Shown here: one piece after another, positions 11,223-24,330 of the stretch | Numbering within the stretch: the first letter of the stretch is position 1 | How the letters are laid out: every line of letters starts with the position of its first letter | DNA from: Octopus bimaculoides | Lineage: Eukaryota | NCBI RefSeq assembly: GCF_001194135.2 | Contig: NC_068988.1 | Coordinates: 77,817,957 to 77,872,980 of the forward strand | Reading direction: 5' to 3' | Length of the DNA stretch: 55,024 nucleotides | Program-made: the position numbers and the translations under genes | Notes under the pieces: model-generated | What the model saw: only the letters and a program-made list of their open reading frames with translations | Databases searched by the model: none | Told to the model about the DNA's origin: nothing

Positions 11223-11260
11223 TTACTATTACTACTATCACTTTTACTACTATCACCCTT
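10920..11260. repeat. (CTG/CTA)n and (TAC)n trinucleotide repeats
   Basis: Read directly; source of the poly-L and poly-Y ORFs. Confidence 0.9.
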
Positions 11261-11882
11261 GTTTGGTTACTTGAGCAGCTAGAAATTACAGCTAACCTTC
11301 AAATCATGCCCACTTCACTCCATAAACAAGGATGGAAACATTGTACTATGGGTTAATGCAGTCCTAAAGAAAAAACGGGAAGGTCATGGTTGGAAAATCT
11401 TTAACAACAGCAAAAATTGAACTACATTTGTTATTGTTGTTCTTTAGTCCCAAGTTAGTTCTGGTGAAGTAGGGCTATGATCAAAAGATGTTCAAGTCAT
11501 GACCATCCCATTTCTTTGCTGAATACAACACATCTAAGACTATATTATCCAGTGTATTGTTGCTTTTGTTTTTTAGGTTGGGTGACTTGATTGCTATTTG
11601 TAGTAGACTCAGCAACCTCAGTGGCAACTTCCACAGGGAGATAGCAAATGGTAGGGTAGATGAATGGATAGATTAAGATACATGAAGGTAGCTTGTATTT
11701 TGTCACTCGTTCTATGTACCCTGACTAGCATAGTTTGTGCTGTCAGGAATGGTGTTGAATATCTTGATTTGAGTTGTTCATTCTCACTCATCCAGTTTAC
11801 TAAGGTAGGTAGTGGGTAGACTAAGATAGATTAGGGTAGCTTGTACCCTGTAACTAATGGTGCTGTGTATCCCAACCATTAA

Positions 11883-12105
11883 CCCTTTAACATTGAAACC
11901 AGCCATAACCAACTTAAATATTCTTCCTGTTTTCTGTTCAAACCAGCCAGATCTGACATCTCACACCTACCCTACAATGTCATTCTAAAAACAAGCAATC
12001 ATCATATCATCATAGTCTTGAAGCTACGAGATAATGCATTATTAAATTAAAACAATCTGAAGCAATAAGCATTACATTTCACAGAGTATTCTGAATGCTA
12101 AAAGG
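11883..12105. mobile_element. piggyBac-type MITE
   Basis: TTAA at 11879-11882 and 12106-12109; termini CCCTTTAACATT ... AATGCTAAAAGG form an imperfect 12-bp TIR; no coding capacity. Confidence 0.8.
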
Positions 12106-12589
12106 TTAAATATATTCTTTCTCTACAAATGTTTACTGCCATGTATGTATATATATCATTGTGCTTTTACCATTTACTTTACATGTCTCTACCAACAATA
12201 AATGTCACTCCCTTCCAGGAATGTTGCCTACGATTGACAGCGATGATACCCAAGAAATGGTATATCTTCCATATTTTTAATATAACAGAGAATGCCTGGC
12301 AGGAAGGGAAAGACTGGCAATAAATGCTACATTCCTTAACAGTGGGATGAGAGATGGAAGGAGAAGTGTGGGGAGATGGCTGGCAGTTGTATAAAATGAA
12401 AAATGGAGGCACAATGTAACATTTAGATTGAATTGTCTTGAATGAGAATATATTAGATTTGGCTAAAATGATAAAGAGGGACAGGGTCTGTAGAAGACCA
12501 GAAGAACCAATTGGGAAGAATAAAAGTAGAAAGGGTAATAAATAAACAGACAAGTAAAATCATGTTTAATTTATTCTGAGTCACATGCA

Positions 12590-12680
12590 TATATATATGC
12601 ACATACACACATAGACACACACATGCATGTGCATGCACACACGCACGCACATACTTATACATACATATATTTATATATAC

Positions 12681-12723
<43 letters not shown>

Positions 12724-12804
12724 TATCTGTCTGTCTGTCTGTCTGTCTGTATGTATGTATGTATGTATGTATGCATGTTNNNNNNNNNNNNNNNNNNNNN
12801 NNNN

Positions 12805-12854
<50 letters not shown>

Positions 12855-12920
12855 TATCTGTCTGTCTGTCTGTCTGTCTGTATGTATGTATGTATGTATG
12901 TATGCATGTTTATATTTATG
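12590..12920. repeat. Compound (CA)/(TA)/(GTCT)/(GTAT) microsatellite, duplicated across a gap
   Basis: Read directly. Confidence 0.9.
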
Positions 12921-13687
12921 CAAGTATATATGTTTATTTGTAAATGTATTTCCATAGAAACAAATCTGTATTTCCTTGTACATAAATGTGTTTTGATATT
13001 ACTATTATATGCACAAACACACACATACTCATTATTTTTCATTACCGTTATGTTAATGACTGAAAAAGATTGAAGAAGGTCCAAATAGACAGCTGATAAA
13101 TTGTTAACACACACAACAAAATGGAGAACACAGTCCACACTACCACCATCATCGTTAATAACAAGACCAAAAAATAAATGAATAAATAAAAGCAAAACCC
13201 ACCAAACAAAGAGAATTAACAAACAAAAAGAAATAGCAAATGTGTTTGGAAAATATTGAGAATGAAACCCCAAAAAAGCCAGTTAAATGAATAGAGAAAT
13301 CTTCTGTTCCATTGTGAAGAAAATGGTTAACAAACAGTAGACAGTAAAGAAAATGGAATCCTGTATGTGATTTATAGGAAAGAGATCAAACAACATAGTT
13401 TCTCTTGCACATAACTGAGACAAACTGAAGATGAAAAACACAAACAAAAGCACACAGAATATGTCAAAATAACTATCAAGTTGATATTCTTCAAGTATTT
13501 TATTTCAGACAAAATAAGTATTGGGAAATATTGTTTATAATATTGAAAAACATTACATACATACATACATACATACATACATGCATGCATGCATGCATGC
13601 ACACATGCACATATATAGATATGTAAGTATGTACATGTATATATAAATCTGTGTATATACATATATATGTATAAGCACACACACATA

Positions 13688-13737
<50 letters not shown>

Positions 13738-13785
13738 AATATACATGCACACACACATTCACACATACATAAATGCACACATGCG

Positions 13786-13825
<40 letters not shown>

Positions 13826-14639
13826 AGTCAACTTGCTAACACATTTGTACATAAGTGTACACAGATATGCTAACAGCAATTCATCGATGCAGAATGTAAG
13901 GATAGATGGATGGCTGAGTTTAGATATGTATAAATAAGGATGTGTGTTTTTGTGTGTGCACATGTGTATGTATTTATAAATGTATGTGATTCACACATAC
14001 ATTGTTTCTGTGATATTGTATAAATTTTTTCACATATATAGATGAGTAGATGTTTAAACTTATTTGTTTTCACATTAGTTTTCCATACATGCATGGGTTG
14101 GAGGAATGCATTGTCGAGGCATTGATTTGCAGTTGGATACCCTTCTTGTTTGCTAACCTTTACCAGTTTTTCAAGCAAGAGATCTCTGATTTTACCTGCC
14201 TTTTAATGTAGAATTTCAGCAGAAAACTAACTGATAGAAGAAAAGACAGCAGAATTACTGGTTGTAACTTGCAATATTTGGAGAATACACAAACTAACAG
14301 TTAGCCACACAGATGCATACACACACTCATATATATATATATGTGAAAAAAGCAAGTTAAAAATAATGGTCATTACATATTTATCCTTTAATAGAGCAAA
14401 CTTGGCTTATAGCTGTTTCCAGTAGTATTTATAGGTACATTACTGGTTGATATACTCACTTGGTCTATTGATTAGTTGCAAAAAATTGAACGGCCTAAAA
14501 AAAAATCAATGCTACTTTCATCAGAGCCATTTCTGGTTATAACAAGCAGAACCCTGAAGGAATGGTTATATTTGTGCATGTATGTGTGTGTATGTAAAGG
14601 GTAAAGAGGGGGTAATGACACCCTATGGTCATGAATGGT

Positions 14640-14905
14640 TATGGGATAATGCCTAGAAAGTTCACCTCTGAGGCAAGGTTGTTTGTGGAAGATCAGCAGT
14701 TGCTCATGTCCCCAATGTTGTCCAAGGGAAAGGCAAAGGCTGATACAGCTTGGCAACAGTGATGTTGCAACTCATTTTTACAGGTGAGTGAATTGGAGCA
14801 ATGTGAAATAAAGTGTCTTGCTCATGAACACAATACACAGCCTGGTCTGGGAGTTGAACTCACAACCTCACGATTGTATGCCCAATGCTCTAACCACTGA
14901 GCCAT
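14640..14905 (-). mobile_element. tRNA-derived SINE with a CORE/Meta-like central domain
   Basis: Minus-strand head TGGCTCAGTGGTTAGAGCA...GTGAGTTCAACTCC, then GTGTTCATGAGCAAGACACTTTATTTCAC. Confidence 0.75.
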
Positions 14906-14924
14906 TATGTATGTATAAATTACC

Positions 14925-15320
14925 ATCATCAGCATCATCATCATTTTAACGTCCACTATTCCATGCTCTCATGGTTTGAATGGAATGTATTGACGTAAAT
15001 TTTTAATAACCATATACCCTTCCTGTCACCTAACCCTCACCTGATTCCAAATATGGTCATATTCCTCCATGAGCAGACATGATATCAGTGAAGATTCTAA
15101 AGGAAGGACACTGCTTCCATGACAGTGACGTAATTACTTGGCAATATCAAGGTAAAGAGACAGTAACACACACACACATGCATGCACATTTACAATGAGT
15201 TTCTGTCAGCTTCCAGCAATCAGATGCACTCACAAGGGTTTGGTTAGCTGGCAGCTATAGTAGAAGACACTTGCCTAAAGTATTATATAGTGGAACTGAA
15301 CCCCAAATGATGTGTCTTAG
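14925..15320 (-). mobile_element. Adjacent degenerate LINE-tail repeat and SINE
   Basis: (CAT)n-TTTAACGTCCAC tail at 14925 and SINE body 'TATAGTAGAAGACACTTGCC' at about 15256-15276. Confidence 0.6.
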
Positions 15321-15354
15321 CACTCGGGCATACCTGTGTGATAGACATACCTAT

Positions 15355-15365
15355 ACCTGTGTGTG

Positions 15366-15413
<48 letters not shown>

Positions 15414-15448
15414 CACAGAAAGAGAAATAGATAGATAGATAGATAGAC

Positions 15449-15479
<31 letters not shown>

Positions 15480-15520
15480 TAGATAGATGGATAGATAGAT
15501 AGATAGATAGATAGATGGAG
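15355..15520. repeat. (TG)n, (GATA)n and (GACA)n microsatellites
   Basis: Read directly. Confidence 0.95.
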
Positions 15521-16271
15521 GAAGAGAGATACAGAAAAAGAGAGGTACACATATGGCTCTATTCTTTGTTATGGCCTGATTTTTTATGGCTGGATGCCTT
15601 TCCAAATGCCAACCACTGATTGTACATTGATTTTCATGGCATCAGCATTAGTGGGATCACCAAGTAACTTGCAAGACAAGACAAAGTTCCCTCAGATGGG
15701 AGGATTAGTATTGAGGTGGCTTTGTGTCAGAAGATGAGAGGTTAAAAGGGATAGAGATAGGTGTTTTGCTTTAGAAGAAATACAAGAATACTCCAGTAGG
15801 GGAAAAGTGAGAGAAAGAGAGACTTAGGAATCTGGAGATGGAGAGAGTGACAGAGATGTGGAAGGATATGTGTCAGGATAATCTTCAAGGTCAACAAATG
15901 CTAAGTACAATGGTTTATTCTTAAGTAAATACTTCTTTTGTAGTTGCCTGGATATGAAAACAGCATCCATAGAGTTTCTCCCTAACAAAAGGCCAACCAG
16001 AATCTTATCTAGTCAAATTTTGTTTCCAATTATTTTGACTTATAACTCACTCTGCAACTTCCATCAATTTGATGCCTCCATAAATACTTCTATCTCAAGC
16101 ATCTTCCTTACTCTTGTGGCAGTAGACTGTGATGCTGCTACACCAGTCACTGAGGATCGTACCTTCCTGAATAATCTGAATAACTATACAGATGACACAA
16201 CCATATTGTACCCTCCCAGATATTTTAAGCATCTCAGCAGTAACTCCTGCCTCCTTGTCTAAATACTTTTT

Positions 16272-19200
16272 AGTGGTGTACGGCGTGTACAGGAGGGGTA
16301 GTACCTCTGATGGGGCAACAGTTGTGCACCTCCTTGGAGTAGTTGATCCGCTTTGGTCCCCACCTGCACTCAGCTCTCACTTGTAGCTCCTAGTAGCTAT
16401 TTGTATGCAACAGCGGCCACACCCTGGGCAATGGCTTCGACTAGCCGGCTAAACCAAGTGAGGGTAGCCGACCGGTCTTAAATCTTCGGCGAGTTAGGGC
16501 TTGCCTAGCTATGCATACGAAGACTGGAGACGGCTGATTCTACAGAAGAAACCACCAGAACGGTTTCAACGGAGAAGAGGGTGGTTACACCAGGGCATTG
16601 TGGATTGCATAGGGCAAGATGAGGCACTATAGGACATCTTGGTCATTCACTGCATCCAGTTCTGTCCCCAGTCGTCTCAATCTGGTCTTGTCACTGGTTA
16701 AGACAGTCTCGGACGAGAGAGTGAGGTCAGCGATGCGCAACCTTTCCTCACTTTAAACAAAGTTTCCTCACGCAAGTCATCCCTCTTTCATCCCAAAGTC
16801 CTGTGGTGACAGGCACATGACGAAGTGACAGATGTGGATACACTGGAAGTCATAGCCGCAAACCTGCACACAGGCGGCTCAAGCCACAGGGTCACTAGTC
16901 ACTGACCTGGAGCAGCAGTGGATTTTGGCATCTCTCTGGGTGACTGAGCAGTCCTATTCAGGAACGCACTGCTCACCTCCATGGCATGAGGAGTGGACTA
17001 GAAAATGTGTCCCAAACATTGCCTGCTCCACCTACCCTAGCCAGCCTACTGCAACTGGAGGGGACCCTACACACTGTGGTCAAAACAAAGAACAAAGAAA
17101 AATACGATGATTACACCACTCATCCTCACTGCTTGGAACGTTCATATGCTCCTTGACAGAGACGAGTCGGAGAGACCCCAGAGATGCACAGCACTCATAG
17201 AAAATGAACTCGCCAGATATAACATCGACATTGCTGCTCTCAGTGAAACCAGGCTGCCGGGCGAAGGCGAACTACAAGAAAAAGGTACAAGATTAACTTT
17301 CTTTTGGAGTGGATGTCGACCTGAAGAGAGAAGAGAGGCTGGAGTTGGCTTTGCAGTTAAGTCGACACTGGCTGGCAAGTTGGTAGGTCCCCGAAAGGGT
17401 ATGAATAATCGCCTAATGATGATGAGACTCCCTCTTTGTCACGGACAGAAGTACACCACCATTGTCAGCGCCTATGCTCCCACCATGAGGTATCCAAATG
17501 AGATCAAGGACAAGTTCTATGAAGGCTTGAGCTCTTTCATCACCGCAGTGCCCCGCACAGACAAACTCATCATTCTATGTGACTTCAATGCGAGAGTTGG
17601 TTGTGATAGTGTCTCCTGGGAAGGAGTGATTAGGAAACATAGAGTTGGCAACTGCACCAGCAACGGTCTGCTACTCCTCCAGATCTGTGCAGAGTATGGC
17701 CACGATCTTTTGCCTCCCCACCCGCAACAGAACATTCTGGATGCATCCCTGCTCGAAGCACTGGCACCTCATCGACTACGTTATCATAAGGAAGAGGGAC
17801 AGGCAAGTCGTACGAGTTTTGAAGACCATATGTGGCGCAGAATGCTGGACAGACCACTGCTTTGTTGTATTCAAACCCAACCTTAGAGTTCAGCCCAAGA
17901 GACGACCACAAAATAGGAAAGCACCAAAATACTTGAACATCAGCAAGCTAAAGGATAGCAACATCAAGCAGCTATTTATCGGTACATTGGAGCAACGCTG
18001 GACCTCATTGTGCTACAAGGCAAGGATATTGAGGAAGCCTGGGCTGTACTCTGAGTGATGTTGTACGACACAGCCATGGAATGCCTTGGGCCATCTACAA
18101 AGAAACACAATGACTGGTTTGATGAGAACTGCATGGAGATCAAGCAACTACTAGAGGAAAAGCATCGTGTTTACAAAGCTCACCTCACTGACCCCAAGTC
18201 AGTTTCAAAGAAGGATAGACTGTGGATTGTATGGAGCATAATCCAAACGAAGTTGCGCCAGATGCAGGATTCCTGGCTTAGCAGCAAAGCAGACATGATC
18301 CAGGGCTTTGCAGACAGGAATGACATGAAGAATTTCTATGACAGCTTGAAGGAAGTTTACGGTCCTACTACTGCAAGAACACTGTCTCCTCTCCTTAGTG
18401 CTGATGGGGCAACACTTATCACCAACAAAGAAAAGGTATTAGAGAGATGGGCTGAACATTTCACAGGGTCTTGAATAGGCCTTCCACCATCAATTGTGAA
18501 GCCATCGATAGGCTACCTCAAGTCCCCGTTGAAGAGTCAATGTACGTTGAACCAACTTTGGAGGAAATTCAGAAAGCATGCCCCCTACTGTCCATTGGCA
18601 AAGCCCCTGGTCCGGACTCCATCCCAGCTGAAGTATTCAAAGAAGGCAGCATGGCCCTGACCAGGAAAATTCACCAGCTGTTTCAGCTCATCTGGATGCA
18701 TGAGACAGTGCTTCAAGACTTCAAGGACGCCTCCATCATTCACCTCTACAAGCAAAATGGAAACCACCAGGTCTGTGTCAATCCTCGCGGAATTTCACTG
18801 CTGTCCATCACAGACAAGATCCTGGCTAGAGTTTTGCTCAACCACCTCATTGCACACCTAGAGCAAGGTCTCCTACCTGAGAGCCAGTGTGGCTTTCAGA
18901 AAGAGCATAGGACTATCGACATGGTGTTTGCTGCTAGACAGCTGCAGAAGTGTTGGGAGCAGAACGTCAACCTCTACTCCACCTACATCGACCTGACCAA
19001 GGCCTTTGATACCATTAGTAGAGAAGGTCTCTGGAGAATCTTGGCGAAGTATGGATGCCCCAGAAAATTCATCACCATCGTAAGACAACTACACGATGGC
19101 ATGTTGGCAAGGGTACAGGACAATGGAGAGACCTCTGATCCATTCCCTGTCTCCAACAGAGTGAAACAAGGATGTGTGCTTGTTCCCACCTTGTTCAGCC

Positions 19201-20310
19201 TTATGTTCTCAGCCATGCTGACAGATGCTTTCAGGGACACAGACATAGGCATCGGCATCAAATACCGGTCCGACGGTTCAGTCTTCAACCTCGGGAGGCT
19301 CAAAGTGAAAACCAAGGTTTCAGTAGACACCGTCAACAACCTCCTGCTTGCCGATGACTGCACTCTCAATGCTGTTACTGAGTCCAACATGCAGTACAGT
19401 GTTGACTTGTTCACTGGCGCTTGTAATAACTTTGGCCTTACTATCAATACAATAAAAACTGAGGTAATGTATCAGCCAACTCCAACCAAGCCCTACATTG
19501 AACCCAACATCACCATCAACAGGCAGCGACTGAATGCGGTGGACAAGTTCACCTACCTTGGCAGCACACTCTCTAGAAATATTGTCGTTGGTGATGAAAT
19601 CAATGCCAGACTTGCCAAGGCAAGTGCTGCCTTTGGCAGGCTACGCAAGACTATCTGGAGCAGGAGTGGAATCACCATCATGACAAAGATCAAGGTGTAT
19701 CGGGCTGTTGTTCTCACAATGCTTCCTTACGGCTGTGAGTCCTGAATGGTCTACCAGCTTCATGCCAGGAAGCTGAATCACTTTCATACAATACACCTTA
19801 GATAACTTCTCGGCATAAAATGGCAGAACAGAATACCAGACACTGAGGTACTAATACTTACTAACCTGCCCAGCATCCATACCATCATGATGCAGTCTCA
19901 GCTTCGCTGGGCAGGGCATGTAGCTTGCATGTCAGACGATCGATTACCAAAAATATTGCTCTTTAGTGAGCTGCAAAAGGGAAAGCGCTCACAAAGCAGC
20001 TAGAAGAAGTGCTTTAAGGACACACTGAAAGCCTTCAACATCGACCATGACACTTGGGAGCAGTCTGCTCTAGACAGAGAAAGGTGGTGATCAGCTGTCC
20101 ACAAGGGTGCCAACACATGTGACACCAATAGGATCACTGCTGCAGGAGACCACAGACAAGCCAGGAAGAACAGAGCTAACAACCCTGTCCATACTGTCAA
20201 AGACTCTTTCGGGCACAGATTGGCCTCACTAGCCATCTGCAGACTCACAAAACAAGCCCCCCCCCCCGGATGACTAGATGGTCTTTGTCGCATCGATGGA
20301 CAAACTACAC
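16272..20310 (+). mobile_element. Near-full-length RTE/BovB-like LINE, about 4 kb
   Basis: GC-richer than its flanks; about 830-bp 5' region; endonuclease 'AWNVHMLLD..ELARYNIDIAALSETR..SAYAPT..DFNARVG'; RT 'RGISLLS..KILARVLLN..ESQCGF..YIDLTKAFD..VKQGCVL.PTLF..LADD..FTYLGS'; ends GATGGACAAAC. Confidence 0.93.
17107..20250 (+). pseudogene. RTE endonuclease/reverse transcriptase ORF with frameshifts and stops
   Basis: ORF pieces 17107-17886, 17645-18058, 18055-18474 and 18471-19745, plus a downstream stop-containing continuation 'QLRWAGHV.M.D.RLPK.LLFSEL' and a C2H2 finger CPYC-x12-H-x3-H at 20186-20248. Confidence 0.92.
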
Positions 20311-20666
20311 TTTTAATTATCTTATCTATCGTGCTGCTGTCGACTAGGATAGCTGGTCCTTCTGTTGGTTTCACATAGGGAAGACTGCCTGTCTCCCATT
20401 CATTCTCCACATTTAATACCCTTTCATATTAGCTCTTCCATGCTTCTTTCTTTTTCAGAATCACTATTGCAAGCGTACCATTATCCATGACTGTTGAAGC
20501 ACAGACATGAACATACATATATGACATGCACAGTCACATATACACATAAATACATGCTTATGGACCGACAGGATGCTAATATACATACATGTACCCATAT
20601 TTCCATGCACTCATGTAACAGTTCATAGATTGTTATATTTCTTCTGCAATATCTGTATCTATCTAT

Positions 20667-20771
<105 letters not shown>

Positions 20772-21407
20772 TGTCTGTTTGTAAAAACATATATACCTAT
20801 AATTCTCTTATGTTCATACACAGACAGATATAATCATAGACATGAAATCATATGTGCACATGCACTTGAACCGCCTCCAGGGAGCAAATTGAGATTGCAT
20901 GATTGTGCACAACTCGTACCCCTTTCAAAATATCCTTGATGGGAATTAAAAATGTATTTACCTTTACTGATAGAAAGGCCCAATAAAAATATCTCAGACA
21001 GAAATTGTAATTTATTTACTATTGTTACTTGCTAACAATTTTTAAGGTAATTGATAAAGAGCCTTTCCTAGTATCTCTGACAGAAATTGAAAAGAAATGG
21101 ATAGATTGATAGAGACACTTCAATAAAATCTCAAACAGAAATTTGGAGTTATATGGCATTAATACAATAAGGTGGATGAGTAGATATAGACAGATAGAAA
21201 GGGAGGTAATATTATTACTACTCTTAAGAGTTATTCAATTCTGGCAGAGAAAATATGGTGTATTGAAAGCTGTGAGGGACAGATGGAAATTTTTAATGCA
21301 ATGATGCAATCGCTTTATTACAAGCAGCAACAATGGCAGATGGGTTAAAAAAATAGATAGAATAAATTAATTTACTTAACATGTATATATATATATAATA
21401 TGTATAT

Positions 21408-21650
21408 TCCTGGTTTGGGAATCAAACTCACAACCTCATGATTGTAAGCCTGATGTTCTAACCACTGATTCATGCCAGGATGTGTATTGCATTTTTGAGC
21501 AAGACACTTCATTTCACATTGCTTCTGTTCGCTCAGCTGTAGAAGTGAGTTGTGACATCGCTGATGCCAAGCTGTCTTTCCCTTGGACAACATCAGCAGA
21601 GAGGGGAGACTTATATGCATGGGTGACAAATGGTCTTCCATAAACAACTG
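21408..21650. mobile_element. SINE with its tRNA head inverted relative to its body
   Basis: Head on the minus strand (21410-21476); CORE-like body TTGAGCAAGACACTTCATTTCAC on the plus strand immediately after. Confidence 0.65.
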
Positions 21651-22196
21651 TCTACTGAATAATAGTTACATTGACACTTTGATATATTGAAGAGAGGCAT
21701 GTCAGAAAGCCTTGGTTTCCACAAACATATTGGCCAGGTAACCCAGCTTATATAAATGCATGACAAAAGAGGAGACCTAGCTGTATGATAAAGGTGGCAT
21801 AGTGAATGAGAATGAGACAGATAGGTAGAGAAAGAGAGAAATCATAAGAGTATATGTGTGTGTGTATATTTATGACATTTAACTCAAAACATTCTGTATG
21901 TGCTATGTTTATGTATCTCAAATAGTTCTTAATGAATGAAAAGATCAATTTCTGTTTGATTTAACTTTTATATTTACAGCTGCCATTTTCTTCACATGTA
22001 CTATCATCTTCATATGAATTGTGCATACACTGGATAAAGATGCATAATGTATGTTAATATAGGTAAGTTTATAACATACCCTTCACTTCAAAATGTTTGT
22101 GTACATGATAACATATAGCTATATAACTAAGGTTGTTAACAGCATATGTGCATGTGCTTGTGTGTGTATGTGTGTGTGTGTGTGTGTGTGTATGTG

Positions 22197-22248
<52 letters not shown>

Positions 22249-22261
22249 CACATATACATAT

Positions 22262-22594
22262 ATCAGACTTAGACTGGTACTCTATCGGTTACAATGATGA
22301 GAGTTCCAGTTGATCTGACCGATGGAACAGCCTGCTCATGAAATTAATATGCAAGTGACTGAGTATTCCACAAACATGTGTATCCTTAATGTAGTTCTCT
22401 GGGAGATTCATTGTGACACAGAATGTGACAAGGCTGGCCCTTTGAATAACAGGTTCAATTCATTTTTGTCAGCTGAGTGGACTGGAGCAACATGAAATAA
22501 AATGTCTTGCTCAAGGACACAACATGCTGCCAGGAACCAAACTCATGGCATTATGACCATGAGCCACTTACCCTAACTACTAAGCCATGCGCCT

Positions 22595-22597
<3 letters not shown>
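22262..22597 (-). mobile_element. tRNA-derived SINE (CORE/Meta-like domain, different 3' half)
   Basis: Minus-strand head GTGAAGGCGCATGGCTTAGTAGTTAGGG..., then GTTGTGTCCTTGAGCAAGACA...TCCAGTCCACTCAGCTG. Confidence 0.75.
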
Positions 22598-22661
<64 letters not shown>

Positions 22662-22664
<3 letters not shown>

Positions 22665-24027
22665 ATGGTGGAAAGGGTGTTGAAGAGGAGAATTCAGAAG
22701 CATGTGGATGTGGACAAGATGCAAGTTGGTTTTATGCCAGGTAAGGGGGACAGTAGATGCAGCATTAATTGTAAGGAGATTGCAGGAGGAATACCGAGAT
22801 AAGGGGAAGGAGTTGTACATATACTTCATTGATCTGGAGAAGGCATTTGATAGGGTTCCAAGGAAGGTAATTGAGTGGGCATTGAGGAAGAGCAGTGTAC
22901 TAGAGGTAACAGTGAGAGCAGTGATGAGTTTGTATGATGGGGTAGAGACAAGAGTTAGAATTGGATCAGAGCTGTTGGAGGAGTTTGTGGTGAAACTTTG
23001 GTGTGCATCAGAGATCTGTGTCGTTTCCATTGTTGTTTGCAATAGTGGTTGATGTGGTGATGAAGAGTGCAAGAGAGGGACTGCTAATGGAGATACTGTA
23101 TGCAGATGACCTTGTTCTGATGGGTGAGATGATGGAGGGATATAGGGAGAAGTTTTGGAAATGGAAGGAGGCGTTTGAAGGTGATGGTTTGAAAGTAAAC
23201 CTCGGAAGATAAGGGTGATGGTGAGTGGAGTGCAAGGAAAAGGGTTAATGAATAAGGTGAATCCATGTGGTGTATGTGGGAGGAGGGTAATGGCAAATGC
23301 AGTGTTGTGTGAGATGTGAAAAAGGAGTTGGAGGGCTGGTGGAACCAGTGGAAACACTATGTGATGAGGTGGAAACAGTGAGAGGGTTTTGTTATTTGGG
23401 AGATAGGGTGGATGTAAGTGGTGGGTGTGAAGCAGCTGTGACAGCAAGAGTGAGACTTGGCTGGGTGAAGATCAGGGAATGAGGAGTGTTGTTATATGGG
23501 AAAAGGTTCTCATTAAAGATGAAAGGAAGGGTCTATAAGAGTTGTGTGAGAGCTGCAATGCTGTATGGGAGTGAGACATGGTGTCTGATGAAGAGAGAGA
23601 TGGCAATTTTGAGAAGGGCTGAGAGAGCAAGGGCAAGAGAAATGTGTGGGGTGAAGCTGTTTGATAAGAGAAGGAATGAGTATTTGATAGGATTGCTGGG
23701 GCTGGAAGAATTAGTGGAATAGTTGGCAAGGGCGAATGAAATGAGGTGGTATGGGCATGTGTTCAGGAGGGATGAAGAGCATGTTCTGAGAAGGGTGATT
23801 GCGTTTGAGGTAAATGGACAGCGAAAGTGAGGTAGACAGAGGAAAAGGTGAAGAAGACAGGCGGAAGAGATTGGGAGGGTTGGTTTGAAAAAGGAGGACG
23901 CCCAAAACCAGGCAAGATGGCGAGAGGGTGTGAAGGCAGTTGCTATGGCATTGAGTTAGATCTGGCCACCACCGTTAATGAGGACAAAACCCGGATTTAA
24001 AATACTGGATGAAAATGATGATGATAA

Positions 24028-24030
<3 letters not shown>
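22662..24030 (+). mobile_element. 5'-truncated RTE-clade LINE (degenerate RT, 3' UTR, GAT tail)
   Basis: 'QVGFMPGKG', 'FIDLEKAFDRVPR', 'PLLFAIVVD', 'ILYADDLVL', 'FCYLGD', 'VRAAMLYGSETW'; ends GATGAAAATGATGATGATAATGAT; (TA)n on both sides. Confidence 0.9.
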
Positions 24031-24097
<67 letters not shown>

Positions 24098-24330
24098 CTA
24101 GATAGATAGATAGACGCACACACACACACACCTTCAGAAAGATGTATACAAATGTAAATATACACATCTATAATGGGGAAGAATATGTTAAAAAGTGTAT
24201 AATAGATACAGACAATTAGTGCTCTGATGCTTTCAAGCCATTAACAAATTAACAATTGCCTGTCCAATTTTTATTTTCTTATACTAACGCTCGTGCGCAC
24301 ACACACACACACACACATGCACATACACAC

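Noticed and set aside
16261-20316. Possible TSD ACTTTTTA / ACTTTTA around the RTE LINE
   Set aside because: Short, inexact and T-rich, so it cannot be distinguished from chance.
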